Shown here: piece after piece, positions 30,190-39,181 of the stretch
How the letters are laid out: every line of letters begins with the position of its first letter
Numbering within the stretch: position 1 is the first letter of the stretch
DNA from: Burkholderiaceae bacterium
GTDB taxonomy: Bacteria; Pseudomonadota; Gammaproteobacteria; Burkholderiales; Burkholderiaceae_C
Direction: 5' to 3'
Length of the DNA: 57,955 nucleotides
Assembly: GCA_031277295.1 (NCBI GenBank)
Contig: JAITMV010000259.1
Coordinates: 1 to 57,955, forward strand
Translations under genes and position numbers: made by a program
Notes under the pieces: model-generated
What the model saw: the letters and a program-made list of their open reading frames with translations, nothing else
The model's database searches: none
What the model was told of the DNA's origin: nothing

Positions 30190-32837
30190 GGGTGCGTCTC
30201 CTGGAAGTGCCGCCACAAATCTTTTTGCAGCGCGTAATCCAGCGCTACATCGCACGCCATGAGCAACCCCTGCACGATGAACTCGCGCCTATTGATGGTG
30301 TCCAAAATGCCCGTCGCCGTTGTGTTATTTCCCGCCGGCGACTCCATCAAGAAAGCCGGAATCCCCATCGTTTGCGATATATGCGTCTCTGACTGACCGA
30401 TACCGGAGCGCGCCATCCTGGTAATGATTTGGGTATCAGGCAGACCCGGCGCGACTTGCGATTTGACCCAGGGGTCAAATTTGTCAGCCAACCGCTTGAG
30501 CAGCGGAAAGTACGGCGGGCGCGAGGCAACCCAGTAAAGCCAGCGCTCGTCGGCCGTTTGGTTGACGTTTATCACGCAAGAAGCGTCCAAGTGATCCTGC
30601 ATCCAATTCAGGATGATTTGGGTTTCGGCTTCGGATGCTGGCGATGGCCCGCTCGTTGGGAGGTGTAGCGCCCACTCAGTCGGAAAGTTTTCGTTGATGT
30701 TGACGCCGTTTGCGTTTTCGCGCGTCATCGTCGCCCAGCCAGATGCGTTGACTATCGGGATGACCGCAAACTGCGCGTTGCTTCTTAGTTTGCTGAGTAT
30801 GGGCGATTTCGCCCAGTTGTGGCATAGACCATACACAAGCTCGTAGACGGAGCACGCGGCGATGCTTTCTGGGGGATGGATACCGCCCAATATGCATATC
30901 TTCTTTGGCTCCGCGACCGGCATATCCTCGAATCCGGCCAGAGACTTCGGATTTGGTTTGAGCCTGTATTCGTAAAGCGTGTTCCCGAATGCGTCCGTGC
31001 CCAGCGCGCGCTTGCTTATGTAGTCCGGGAACTCGGCGACAAGCGCGTCGTATTTATCGATGACGGCTTGGTAGTCGTAAGCGAACCCAGGCCAGCCGGT
31101 GTAGAAGTCTGGCGACCTGCGCTCGGCGAGCCTAAAAACGCCGAACTCCGAAAACGGATACTCCGCGCGCTCCTCCTCTTTGAGGACTTGCGTCATCAAA
31201 CTCGGCAAATTGCTCGTAAGGACGACGCCCCAGTCCGTCCAGTCCGTCACCGTTTTGCCGCGCACGACCATAGGCGTCTGCTCAAGGCCCACGGAATCCA
31301 ACGAAAGCATGCCGATCTGGAAGAAACGCCCCTGATTAGCGGCGATGTTGATGACGCTTGTTGTATTGTTGGGTCGATAGCTTTCCTGCAATCCTCCAGC
31401 GACTCTGTAAAAACCATTGAGCGTCAGCGCTGACCAGTCTTCAGCATACGTGCTCGACGGGCCAAAACCGCCCACATCGGTACGAAGAAGCACCTTGTTC
31501 CATACAGACCCAGGCTGCCACCCCGAAGAGTCTGCCGCGCGGATTCCGCAGAAAGACCCAGAGCCGTAACCGAAGGCGAATTGGAATTCACGCGATCCAC
31601 TCTTGGCAACAAGGACTGCACCCTGTGTTAGCTCTTCTGGCGCGTTGGCTATCGAACTGTTGACTATGTACAGGCCGCTTTTTGCAATGGCGTTAAGGTC
31701 TGCGCCGGGGAGTTCTATGAGCGGGCGAAAGCTTCCAACGTCGGCAGAAAGCAGCACTTTTGACCACTCTGTCGTCGGCTTCCAGCCCGAAGAGTCTGCG
31801 CTTCGAAATCCAAGGTAGGGCGTCGCCCCGTAGCCCAGCGCCAATTGGAATTCACGGTTTCCACTTTTTGCGACAAGGACAGCGCCCTGCGACAAATCAA
31901 CCGGCGAATTCGCGACCGCACTATTTGTTAGATACAAGCCGCTTTGCGCGAGCTCATTCAAGTTGACGCCAGGATTAGCAATGAATGGTCTAAAGACGCC
32001 AACATCATCCGTGAACAATGCCTTTTGCCATACAGTCGTAGGCTGCCAGCCGGAGCTGTCTGCTGCGCGAAATCCAAGGAACGGAGTGTCTCCGTATCCG
32101 ATAACGAGCTGAAATTCCCGCAGAGCAGTTTTTGCGACGAGCACAGCTCCGCGGGATAAACCAGGGGGTGCGTTATTGGTTGATGTGTCAGTTAGATACA
32201 GGCCGCTTTGTGAAATCTCGTTAAGGTCAGCCCCTGGGTTAGCAACAAACGGCCTGAAGTTGCCGATCTGCGCGGTTGACGGATAGCTACTCAGCAGCGT
32301 CGATGTCGTGGAACTGAGCCGCCGATACGCATCCGCTGCCGCGCCATCCGTGCCGGGCACGACGAAGAACACCTCGCCATCAGCGGATGCGGCGCGCCCC
32401 TCGGCCTCGCTCGAATACCACGGGCCGCCGGCCAGCGCCGCGTCTGCCGCGATCTGCGCTTGCTGCGCGTACTGTCTCGCGAGATTCGCAAACACCTCGC
32501 TAACTTGCACCAGCGACACCCAGCCGCCGGCCGCCGTAGACATCCACAGGTCGGTGCCGTCGGCCATGCGAGCAATCAGGCCGCGCCGCGCTGGGTAGTG
32601 CTTCCAGCCACCGCCGTTGAACACCGAATACGAGCCGTCGCTAAATACCTGCCCGTCGCCATTTTTCGGCGACGCGGGCAGCGCGGCGCCCGGAGCCACT
32701 GGCGGCGCCAGCGTGTACAGCGCCAGGTGATCGTCGATCAGCCGCAGGTTGTCGTCCATCCCATTGGGCGAGCCAAAGGGGTTTTCGGTCGGAGCAAAGC
32801 CGCTCCAGAGGCCGCGCGCGAATTGCGTGTTGGCCAT
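30186..32837 (-). CDS. Tail fibre/spike-like protein with knob-like repeats and C-terminal M14 peptidase-like domain
   Basis: DUF2793-like N-terminus (MDDNL...PASPKNGD); three 88-aa repeats; GGIHPPE, PIVNASG, NANGVNINENF, GPSPASEAET. Confidence 0.75.
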   Translation of the reverse strand: MANTQFARGLWSGFAPTENPFGSPNGMDDNLRLIDDHLALYTLAPPVAPGAALPASPKNGDGQVFSDGSYSVFNGGGWKHYPARRGLIARMADGTDLWMSTAAGGWVSLVQVSEVFANLARQYAQQAQIAADAALAGGPWYSSEAEGRAASADGEVFFVVPGTDGAAADAYRRLSSTTSTLLSSYPSTAQIGNFRPFVANPGADLNEISQSGLYLTDTSTNNAPPGLSRGAVLVAKTALREFQLVIGYGDTPFLGFRAADSSGWQPTTVWQKALFTDDVGVFRPFIANPGVNLNELAQSGLYLTNSAVANSPVDLSQGAVLVAKSGNREFQLALGYGATPYLGFRSADSSGWKPTTEWSKVLLSADVGSFRPLIELPGADLNAIAKSGLYIVNSSIANAPEELTQGAVLVAKSGSREFQFAFGYGSGSFCGIRAADSSGWQPGSVWNKVLLRTDVGGFGPSSTYAEDWSALTLNGFYRVAGGLQESYRPNNTTSVINIAANQGRFFQIGMLSLDSVGLEQTPMVVRGKTVTDWTDWGVVLTSNLPSLMTQVLKEEERAEYPFSEFGVFRLAERRSPDFYTGWPGFAYDYQAVIDKYDALVAEFPDYISKRALGTDAFGNTLYEYRLKPNPKSLAGFEDMPVAEPKKICILGGIHPPESIAACSVYELVYGLCHNWAKSPILSKLRSNAQFAVIPIVNASGWATMTRENANGVNINENFPTEWALHLPTSGPSPASEAETQIILNWMQDHLDASCVINVNQTADERWLYWVASRPPYFPLLKRLADKFDPWVKSQVAPGLPDTQIITRMARSGIGQSETHISQTMGIPAFLMESPAGNNTTATGILDTINRREFIVQGLLMACDVALDYALQKDLWRHFQETHP
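31476..32267 (-). repeat. Three tandem 264-nt (88-aa) coding repeats
   Basis: FRP...PGADLN...SGLY...GAVLVAK...REFQ...GYG...ADSSGW repeated at 264-nt spacing; a fourth degenerate copy follows. Confidence 0.9.
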
Positions 32838-32838
32838 G

Positions 32839-33690
32839 TCAGTTCAGGGGATAAGCGCCGCGCGTGTAGCGCAGCCATTCAGCCGGGCGATCAGGTGAGG
32901 TTCGCACCGGCTCAATCGATAAATTCAGCGTGACCGCGCCGATGCCGTCATCCAGCGGCGTCAACGCACCGTCCAGCGCCGGACGTGCGCGGTATAGCTC
33001 GACGCGCACGGGGCGGTTATCGACCACGTTGACGCCGGTGTAGACCAGCCCTAACTCCAGCGCCAGGTCGGCGTAGGCGTCGATGTTCTCGGCGCCGCCG
33101 TCGGGCGTGTAGCTGATAGCAATACTGCTGGCCACCGGCCCGCTGACGCCGGCCAGCAGCTCAACGCCAAAGGACTGGCGCCGCCACTGCACACCCTCAG
33201 ACCAAGCGGCCCAGCTTGGCGTCACGGTCACAGGCTTGGAGGTGTCAATCAGGCGGCGCGTGAACAACATGCCGCCCGCCTCAATGCCGGCGCCGCCGGT
33301 GCCCACGCGCTCAGTGATCGGCAGCGCGGCGTACTGACTGCGTACACCGTGCAATGCATCCGCAAGATTGGCTGCGCCGAGACCGTACAGCGTCAAGCTG
33401 ACCGTGATCGATTCGACGATGGCGTTACCGCGCGCATCCCACGCGCTGGTGGTCAACCGCCGCAGCGTGGGCTGAATCGCCAGTCCGCGCGCATTGCCGA
33501 CAAAGCGCCCGGCGGGTAAATGCGGCTGCCCCGGCACCTCCGGCGTGGCCGGCCAGTTGTCGCCCCACAGCAGGCCGTAGGCGGCTGTGTTGACACCGCC
33601 CGTGGGCAGCAAGGGCGGCGTAAAGTAAACCGCGCCACGCCCCAGGTAGTGGGCGTTGCGAGCCTCCTCGTACTGGCCGACGTAGGACAT
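32839..33690 (-). CDS. Tail-tube-like protein (probable paralog of major tail protein)
   Basis: GRGAVY, FVGNARGL, ISYT, TGVN and VELYR parallel GRGEIS, PVGNAPAL, VSYT, DGVN and FDLYK in 33703-34506. Confidence 0.65.
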   Translation of the reverse strand: MSYVGQYEEARNAHYLGRGAVYFTPPLLPTGGVNTAAYGLLWGDNWPATPEVPGQPHLPAGRFVGNARGLAIQPTLRRLTTSAWDARGNAIVESITVSLTLYGLGAANLADALHGVRSQYAALPITERVGTGGAGIEAGGMLFTRRLIDTSKPVTVTPSWAAWSEGVQWRRQSFGVELLAGVSGPVASSIAISYTPDGGAENIDAYADLALELGLVYTGVNVVDNRPVRVELYRARPALDGALTPLDDGIGAVTLNLSIEPVRTSPDRPAEWLRYTRGAYPLN

Positions 33691-33702
33691 GCCGGCACCT
33701 GC

Positions 33703-34506
33703 TCAGAGTTTGAGCGTCCCGAATTGACTCAGCGGGTCAGCCAGCGTTCCGGCGGGCCGGCTCATATCGCGCTCGGCGACGCCAGTCAACTCGATACGGT
33801 GGATGTTGTCGCCGATCAGCGCGAAGTTCTGCGCCGCCGACAGGCGCACTTTGTACAAATCAAAGTGCGTCGCAAACGCCGGGCTCGCCGCCGCGTTGAC
33901 GCCGTCGAAGTGCAGCGTCACCGGGTCGCTGAGTTTGGCGAACAACTCGATGACGGTTTGCACCTTGCGCGTGTAGCTGACCGCGATGTTGTCCTGCCCG
34001 ACGCCCATGACGGCGGTGGGAACGGGGATGGTGCTGCCTTCGATCCATTTGATGCTGCCCGAGGGTGTCAGCACGTAGTCCTTGCCAGCTTCGTAGTCGG
34101 TCTGGCCGTCCAGGCTCTTGACCTCGACCGCGACGCTGTCATCGACTAGGTAGTCCAGCGGCGCGACGGATTCAGGGAACAGCGTGTGCGGTTCGGCAAC
34201 GATGGCTGTGGTCGCGATGCCTTCCGGCTCGCCCACGCCGTACAGCGCGCGCACCAGGTTGCGCGGCTGGTGGCACATCAGCGTTAGCGTGATGTCCACG
34301 GTCTGAATCTCGCGTGTGCGGCAGGCAACGCCGCCCGTCGGGCTGGTGTAGTCGGTGACCTCCTCGGTCTGCTCGGTGACGTTGACCGACAGCGCGGGCG
34401 CGTTGCCGACCGGCACCAAGCCGGCGGTCTTGGCGATGTAGTCGGCGTAGGTGGCGAGGCTGATTTCGCCCCGGCCCTTAAAGCAACAGTAGTCTTTGCG
34501 GATCAT
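33703..34506 (-). CDS. Major tail tube protein
   Basis: Follows tail terminator; strong SD (CAGGAG); VGNA.AL motif. Confidence 0.8.
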   Translation of the reverse strand: MIRKDYCCFKGRGEISLATYADYIAKTAGLVPVGNAPALSVNVTEQTEEVTDYTSPTGGVACRTREIQTVDITLTLMCHQPRNLVRALYGVGEPEGIATTAIVAEPHTLFPESVAPLDYLVDDSVAVEVKSLDGQTDYEAGKDYVLTPSGSIKWIEGSTIPVPTAVMGVGQDNIAVSYTRKVQTVIELFAKLSDPVTLHFDGVNAAASPAFATHFDLYKVRLSAAQNFALIGDNIHRIELTGVAERDMSRPAGTLADPLSQFGTLKL

Positions 34507-34527
34507 GGTTGGTGCTCCTGGTGATGT

Positions 34528-34995
34528 TCAGATGTCGGGCCGCGCGCAGTGGTAACTCTCGGTGGTGAATGCGAGCGGGTAATAGACAAACTTGGCCGGG
34601 CTGTAGTACGGGCGCGGCGGCGTGACGGGCACGAAGGGGCTGACGCAATCAGGCGGCGTCCAGCCGTGCAGCGCTTGCAGCACGTCGCACAGGTACGGGC
34701 CAGCCTCCTGGTTGCGGGGCGCGGCGGCGCGCTGTTGGGCGGTGTTCTTTACGGTGACCACGGCAAACCAGCGGTGCGCCAGGCGCGCCGAGCCTTCGTC
34801 GGATTCGAGCACCGCGAAGCCGTCATAGATGACATAGACCGCCGGCGCGTCCTGCATCTCTTCAGTGACCGATTCCAGCGTTGGTCGCGTGCCGATCACC
34901 CGCGCCCAGGCGCCGGGGCGGTGTTGCAGGCATTGCTCAAGCCGGCGCACGATGCCCAGCTCAGCGCGCGCGAAGTTCCAGGCGCCGACGCTCAT
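34528..34995 (-). CDS. Tail terminator (Mu gp37-like)
   Basis: PAVYVIYDG, ALHGWTP and YYPLAF motifs. Confidence 0.8.
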   Translation of the reverse strand: MSVGAWNFARAELGIVRRLEQCLQHRPGAWARVIGTRPTLESVTEEMQDAPAVYVIYDGFAVLESDEGSARLAHRWFAVVTVKNTAQQRAAAPRNQEAGPYLCDVLQALHGWTPPDCVSPFVPVTPPRPYYSPAKFVYYPLAFTTESYHCARPDI

Positions 34996-35489
34996 CGGTA
35001 GCTCCCCGCTACCTCGGCGGTGATGGCGCGCGGGGCGAATTCGTACTCAACCAATTGACCGGACTGCGCGTCGCTGCCGAGCAATTCGCCCGGCGATCCG
35101 CCCCAGGGGCAGGCCAGCAGCGCCTTGCCGGCGGCGATGGCCTCAAGCTCTTTCACCGCCGCCAGATAGCGGCGATAGACCTCGTGCTCGGGCGCTAGGT
35201 CATCGTGCAGGTAGTAGCGCGCCAGGTCGCAGACGATGCGCGTCAGCACCGGCGGCGGCTCGTATTCAATGGCGCCGCCCGGCGCGGCGACTGGCTTGGC
35301 GCAACCGCGCAACGGCAGGCGGTAGACCTGGCCGACGTAGCCATCGACGAACGCCGCCGCGTCGGCCAGCTTGACCTCGACGTTGCCGGTGTCAATGGCT
35401 GAGGGCGGGATGTTGGCCGCGTCGGTGAGATGGATCAACTCCATCTCGCCGAAACGCTTGACCATGTCGTCAACGCTGGCGTAAGTCAT
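34992..35489 (-). CDS. Head-tail connector (Mu gp36 / DUF1320)
   Basis: MTYASVDDM, IVCDLARYYL and RY..AV..LE.IA.GK motifs. Confidence 0.9.
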   Translation of the reverse strand: MTYASVDDMVKRFGEMELIHLTDAANIPPSAIDTGNVEVKLADAAAFVDGYVGQVYRLPLRGCAKPVAAPGGAIEYEPPPVLTRIVCDLARYYLHDDLAPEHEVYRRYLAAVKELEAIAAGKALLACPWGGSPGELLGSDAQSGQLVEYEFAPRAITAEVAGSYR

Positions 35490-35498
35490 GGCACGGGA

Positions 35499-35879
35499 TC
35501 AAGCGTGGACGTGGGTGACGATCTGCACCTCTACCAACTCGCCCGCGCCGCTGGCCGATCCGAGCGCGCGTCCGCAGTGGTCGCTGATCGTGCCGACGGC
35601 GGCGCGGCCCGTGCTGTCGGTGGCTGGCTTGACGTAGGCGCCGAACGCAATGGCGGCGCTGGTCTCGACCAGGGCCGAGTAGCCAGTGATGGCGCTGAAA
35701 GCGTCGCCGATGTCCGCGTCGGTCTCGCTGACGCCTTGCGCATCCTTGACGCCGCCGGTGGTGGTGGCGTAGCCGCCGTCATAGGCGACGAAGCGGCCGG
35801 CAAGGATGGTGGCGGTGGCGACGATGGTGACGGCGTGCTGCTTGTCGTATTGCCGGCCTGGGTTGTTTTGCGATGCCAT
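35499..35879 (-). CDS. Capsid cement / decoration protein (DUF2190-like)
   Basis: 126 aa beta-rich, GRAL..A..AGE.VEV; follows capsid genes. Confidence 0.75.
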   Translation of the reverse strand: MASQNNPGRQYDKQHAVTIVATATILAGRFVAYDGGYATTTGGVKDAQGVSETDADIGDAFSAITGYSALVETSAAIAFGAYVKPATDSTGRAAVGTISDHCGRALGSASGAGELVEVQIVTHVHA

Positions 35880-35909
35880 TTTGGGAGTGCTCCTGTGTGT
35901 ACGGTGGGG

Positions 35910-36245
35910 TTACTTGCCGGACTTCTTTGTCGGGGTCTTGGTCTCTTTGGCGACGGCGACGGCTGGTTCATCCGCGACTGGAGCCGACGCCGGCGCTGCA
36001 ACCGACGCGGCGGCGTCTTGCACCGCCTGGCGCGCGGCCTGAAAGTCGGCTTGGGCGGCCTTGCGCGCGGCGGCGTCGGCTTCCTGCGCCTTGGCGACAG
36101 CCTCTGAATCGGCCAGCGCGCCGCTGGCTTGCAGCGCCTTGATGTCATGCGCGCTCAGCAGATCGGCGGGCACCTGCGCGCCGGCGGGGATGGTCTTGCG
36201 CTGGCCGTTGGCGTGGATCACGATGGGGATGTTGGCGACGTACAT
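35910..36245 (-). CDS. Hypothetical head-associated protein
   Basis: Ala/Lys-rich ORF directly after the major capsid gene. Confidence 0.65.
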   Translation of the reverse strand: MYVANIPIVIHANGQRKTIPAGAQVPADLLSAHDIKALQASGALADSEAVAKAQEADAAARKAAQADFQAARQAVQDAAASVAAPASAPVADEPAVAVAKETKTPTKKSGK

Positions 36246-36254
36246 ATGGTGGCC

Positions 36255-37217
36255 TCACTTGACGTTGCTGAACAGGAACGCGGCCTCCGGATAGGCCACG
36301 TTGGGCCGACGCTCGTAGGTGGCGCCATAAACCCAGGTCTTGGAGTTGTTCTCGTAGTACGGCGGCTCGGCGAAGGGGTGGCCCTCCATCACGTTGGTGA
36401 ACCCGAACGCGGGTTCTGCCAGACTGATGTCGCCGCCGCCCGCGCCGCCGATGCGAGGCACGTAGGCCAAGATGGCGCTGTTGCCCCACACGTCCGAGGC
36501 GGTGTCCGTGGCATCGACCCAGATCGAATCGCCCACCACGATGTTGGGCACGTTGAGAATGGTCTTGAGCTGCTCGATAGTCGCCGGCCCCAGTTGGGTC
36601 AGCGGCAACTGGCCCTTGATCTCCGGGTTGACGATCAGCGCCGACAGCGCGTCGGCCGACAGCACCAGCGTGTTGGGCCGCTTGCCGATCTTTTTGCGGA
36701 TGGTGTCGCTGGCGGCAATGATGTCGGTCTGCGGTGTGCCGGTGGCGGCGCTCCACTTGGTCGCGCCGGCCAGCGCCAGCGTGTGACCCGTGGCGTAGGT
36801 AGCGGCGTTGGTCGCCAAGCCGGCGGCCTCCAGTTCGTAGTCCAGGTTGAGGATGTCGCCCGCCGTCGTCATCGCGATGCGGCTGATGTCCAGGTAGTTG
36901 CCCACGTTCAGGCGGCGTGACTCGTCCGACTCGCGGATCAACTCGCGCGGGATCGGCACCTCCACCGAGTACTGATCCACGGTGTACACCTGCCCGTCGT
37001 ACTTGATGTCCACCCGCTTGGTGGCGCTGCCCGGCGCGCGGCGCAGGTTGTAGCGCCTGAAGCGCTCGTTGCCAATCTTGGCCAGCATCACGCTGGACAA
37101 CGCTTGCGGCAGCGCCGGGAACAGGCTATTGGCGATGAACGTCCCCTGACCCAGGCCCAGCAGCAGGCTGGTCAGGATCGGGTTTTGCTTGAGGCGGATT
37201 TGCTCCGGGGTCATCAT
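36255..37217 (-). CDS. Major capsid protein
   Basis: 320 aa after protease; SD AAAGGA; NPILT, KWS and RPNTLVL motifs. Confidence 0.88.
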   Translation of the reverse strand: MMTPEQIRLKQNPILTSLLLGLGQGTFIANSLFPALPQALSSVMLAKIGNERFRRYNLRRAPGSATKRVDIKYDGQVYTVDQYSVEVPIPRELIRESDESRRLNVGNYLDISRIAMTTAGDILNLDYELEAAGLATNAATYATGHTLALAGATKWSAATGTPQTDIIAASDTIRKKIGKRPNTLVLSADALSALIVNPEIKGQLPLTQLGPATIEQLKTILNVPNIVVGDSIWVDATDTASDVWGNSAILAYVPRIGGAGGGDISLAEPAFGFTNVMEGHPFAEPPYYENNSKTWVYGATYERRPNVAYPEAAFLFSNVK

Positions 37218-37258
37218 GATGGTGGTCCTTTCAGTTGTCGGTACGCAGGTGGCGGGGA

Positions 37259-38275
37259 TCAGCAGTCGAAGCTGACAACCGCCGTCAGCGCCTCGGCGTA
37301 GCCGACCTTGTTCTGCGCGGCGTACTGCTTGGCGGCGCGGTCGATGTCGGCATCGCTCTTGCCTTTGGCGCCGCCTGGCAGCGGCCATTGAGCGCCGCCC
37401 GGCTTGAACTCGCCAAACTGCACACGGGGCTTGGCCCCGGCGATCAGCTCTTGCAGCCAGCCGGCCAGCGACACCTTGCGGGTGGCGTCGCCCTCGGCGA
37501 ACTCCACCGGATTGGCGTCAGACAGCGCCTCCAGCGCGGTGATAGCCAGCAGCTTGTCTTTGGGCAGCAGCGTGCCGGCCTTGATTTGCGCCTCGGCAAA
37601 GGCCGTGATGACGGCGGTGCGCTCGGCTTTGGCGGCTTCGGCAAAGCGGGCCGCCTGCGCCTGGGCCGCGTCACGCTCGGCGCTGGCGGCGGCCAGTTGC
37701 GTCTTGGCGGCGGCGGCCTCGTCTTGCGCCGCCTTGAGCTGGCGTTGCAGCTCGGCCTGTTCGGCTTCTGTCATGGTGGTGTGCTCCTTCGTGGTTACGG
37801 GTTGATCGGTGGCGGCATCGGCAAACGCAACCAGCCCCTGCTCATCACCGGCGGCGAACTGCACGTCGGTCAGGCCAGCAATGGCTGGCGGCTGCGCGCC
37901 GAGGAATGCGACGTGGCGCAGATACCAGGCGCCCGGCGTCGGGTTGTTGGGGTGCGCGGGCGGGTAGAAGGCGGCGGAACGTTTTTTGTAGTGACCGGCC
38001 TTGACCCACTCGGCAAATTGCGGCGCGACCTGGTGCGTATCCATCGCCAGCCGCCCGGCGGCGCTGACGCTCAGTGCCTTGACGTAGCCATAGGCCGGCT
38101 TGTCGTGCTCCGGGTGGCCGACGGTCAGCGGCGCTTCGCGCGCGGCCGGGTTGTAGGACTCGGCCATGCGGCGCACGTCTGCGACGCTGAACTCATGCAC
38201 CTGGCCGTCCATGTCGATGTGACGGCCCGGCTTGAATATCTCGATCCCTTGCGGGAGGGGTGTATCTGACGCCAT
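37259..38275 (-). CDS. Prohead protease (Mu gpI-like) with nested scaffold (internal start 37774)
   Basis: IEIFKPG, APLTVGHP, YKKRSAAFY and YLRHVAFLGAQPPAI motifs; GAAGGAG SD before MTEAEQ. Confidence 0.9.
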   Translation of the reverse strand: MASDTPLPQGIEIFKPGRHIDMDGQVHEFSVADVRRMAESYNPAAREAPLTVGHPEHDKPAYGYVKALSVSAAGRLAMDTHQVAPQFAEWVKAGHYKKRSAAFYPPAHPNNPTPGAWYLRHVAFLGAQPPAIAGLTDVQFAAGDEQGLVAFADAATDQPVTTKEHTTMTEAEQAELQRQLKAAQDEAAAAKTQLAAASAERDAAQAQAARFAEAAKAERTAVITAFAEAQIKAGTLLPKDKLLAITALEALSDANPVEFAEGDATRKVSLAGWLQELIAGAKPRVQFGEFKPGGAQWPLPGGAKGKSDADIDRAAKQYAAQNKVGYAEALTAVVSFDC

Positions 38276-38306
38276 GCCGGACACTTTGCCGGGCGCGGTG
38301 CTTGAA

Positions 38307-38327
38307 GTCTTGTGAACGGGTTCACAA
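38307..38327 (-). promoter_or_regulatory. Putative activator-dependent late promoter site (head operon)
   Basis: GTCTTGTGAACGGGTTCACAA dyad, identical to 46512-46532. Confidence 0.75.
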
Positions 38328-38386
38328 TCCGTAAAGCGCCAACATGAACACAGAGTGCGTTATCCCTTTGCCGACGCTGGCAAATG

Positions 38387-38414
38387 GATCAACACCACGG
38401 GATCAACACCACGG
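38387..38414. repeat. Perfect 14-bp tandem duplication
   Basis: GATCAACACCACGG x2. Confidence 0.9.
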
Positions 38415-38461
38415 TCATCGGCGCATCGAGCGAAGAACCGACGCAGACATGCCGTCACCGC

Positions 38462-38491
38462 CGTTCGCAAGGCCGATGCGAACGTTTTTTT
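38462..38491 (+). terminator. Intrinsic terminator, antisense to the late operon
   Basis: CGTTCGCA-N7-TGCGAACG followed by T7. Confidence 0.65.
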
Positions 38492-38591
38492 CTGGCTGGT
38501 GGTATCGATGGCGCATCGCGCACCAAGAACGCGCCACGGGGCCGTTTTGCCGGTTGCAAACTACGCAACGGCGTTACCGCTGCCGCAAGGG

Positions 38592-39155
38592 TCAAGCCTG
38601 CTTGAAATGCCCGCGCAGAACCTCGACGATGTCGGCCAGGTCTTCGTCGGCAACCCCCAGAAATGGCCTGGCCGGAATATCGCCCCACGGAATCGGGAAA
38701 GTCCCCTTGCGGGTCTTGTATGTCCCGGTGCCAAGCTCGCCCTTCTTTGCCCCGAACTGCTGCACGGCGGCGTACTCTGTCGGGCTGCCGATGCGCACGG
38801 TGTCGGCGCTGATGACCTGGAAATTGATGTTGCCTTTCAGCGCGCCGGTTTCTCCGGTGAGCGGCTTCTTGTTCGCCAAGTGCTTCTGTCCCTTGGCGGT
38901 CAGTTCGCCGTCTTTGCGGCGGGTACGGCTCAGGCGGCCCAGGTATTGCTCCAGCGTCACCGGCGAGTTGGCCGGCCAGCGCACGCCGTCGGGACCGATG
39001 GTGGACTCAAAGCGGCGCTTGGTGTTCTCGGCCATGCGCGCGCCGATGAAGTGCAGCGCGGGGCGCAGGTTGTCGAGGCCGCCGATGATGCCGTCGAGCA
39101 CTTGCAGCACCTGGCGGTCGCCGCTGATCTGGATGTGTATCTGCGCTTGCGCCAT
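38592..39155 (-). CDS. Virion morphogenesis protein (Mu gpG-like)
   Basis: GPDG..W, YAAVQQFG and IPARPFLG motifs. Confidence 0.92.
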   Translation of the reverse strand: MAQAQIHIQISGDRQVLQVLDGIIGGLDNLRPALHFIGARMAENTKRRFESTIGPDGVRWPANSPVTLEQYLGRLSRTRRKDGELTAKGQKHLANKKPLTGETGALKGNINFQVISADTVRIGSPTEYAAVQQFGAKKGELGTGTYKTRKGTFPIPWGDIPARPFLGVADEDLADIVEVLRGHFKQA

Positions 39156-39175
39156 CGCCGAATCCTTTCTAAAAT
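39147..39175 (+). promoter_or_regulatory. Sigma70-like promoter for the tRNA-like RNA
   Basis: TTGCGC-17 bp-TAAAAT; predicted +1 near 39182. Confidence 0.7.
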
Positions 39176-39181
39176 CAACTC

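Noticed and set aside
31476-32267. Repeats as a CRISPR array or DGR template/variable repeats
   Set aside because: In-frame 264-nt protein repeats with dispersed divergence; no spacers, cas genes or reverse transcriptase seen in the window.
39168-39179. TCTAAAATCAAC resembling TCTAAAAATCAAC in the repressor operator region (47545)
   Set aside because: One-base spacing difference in a short AT-rich word; insufficient to claim repressor control.
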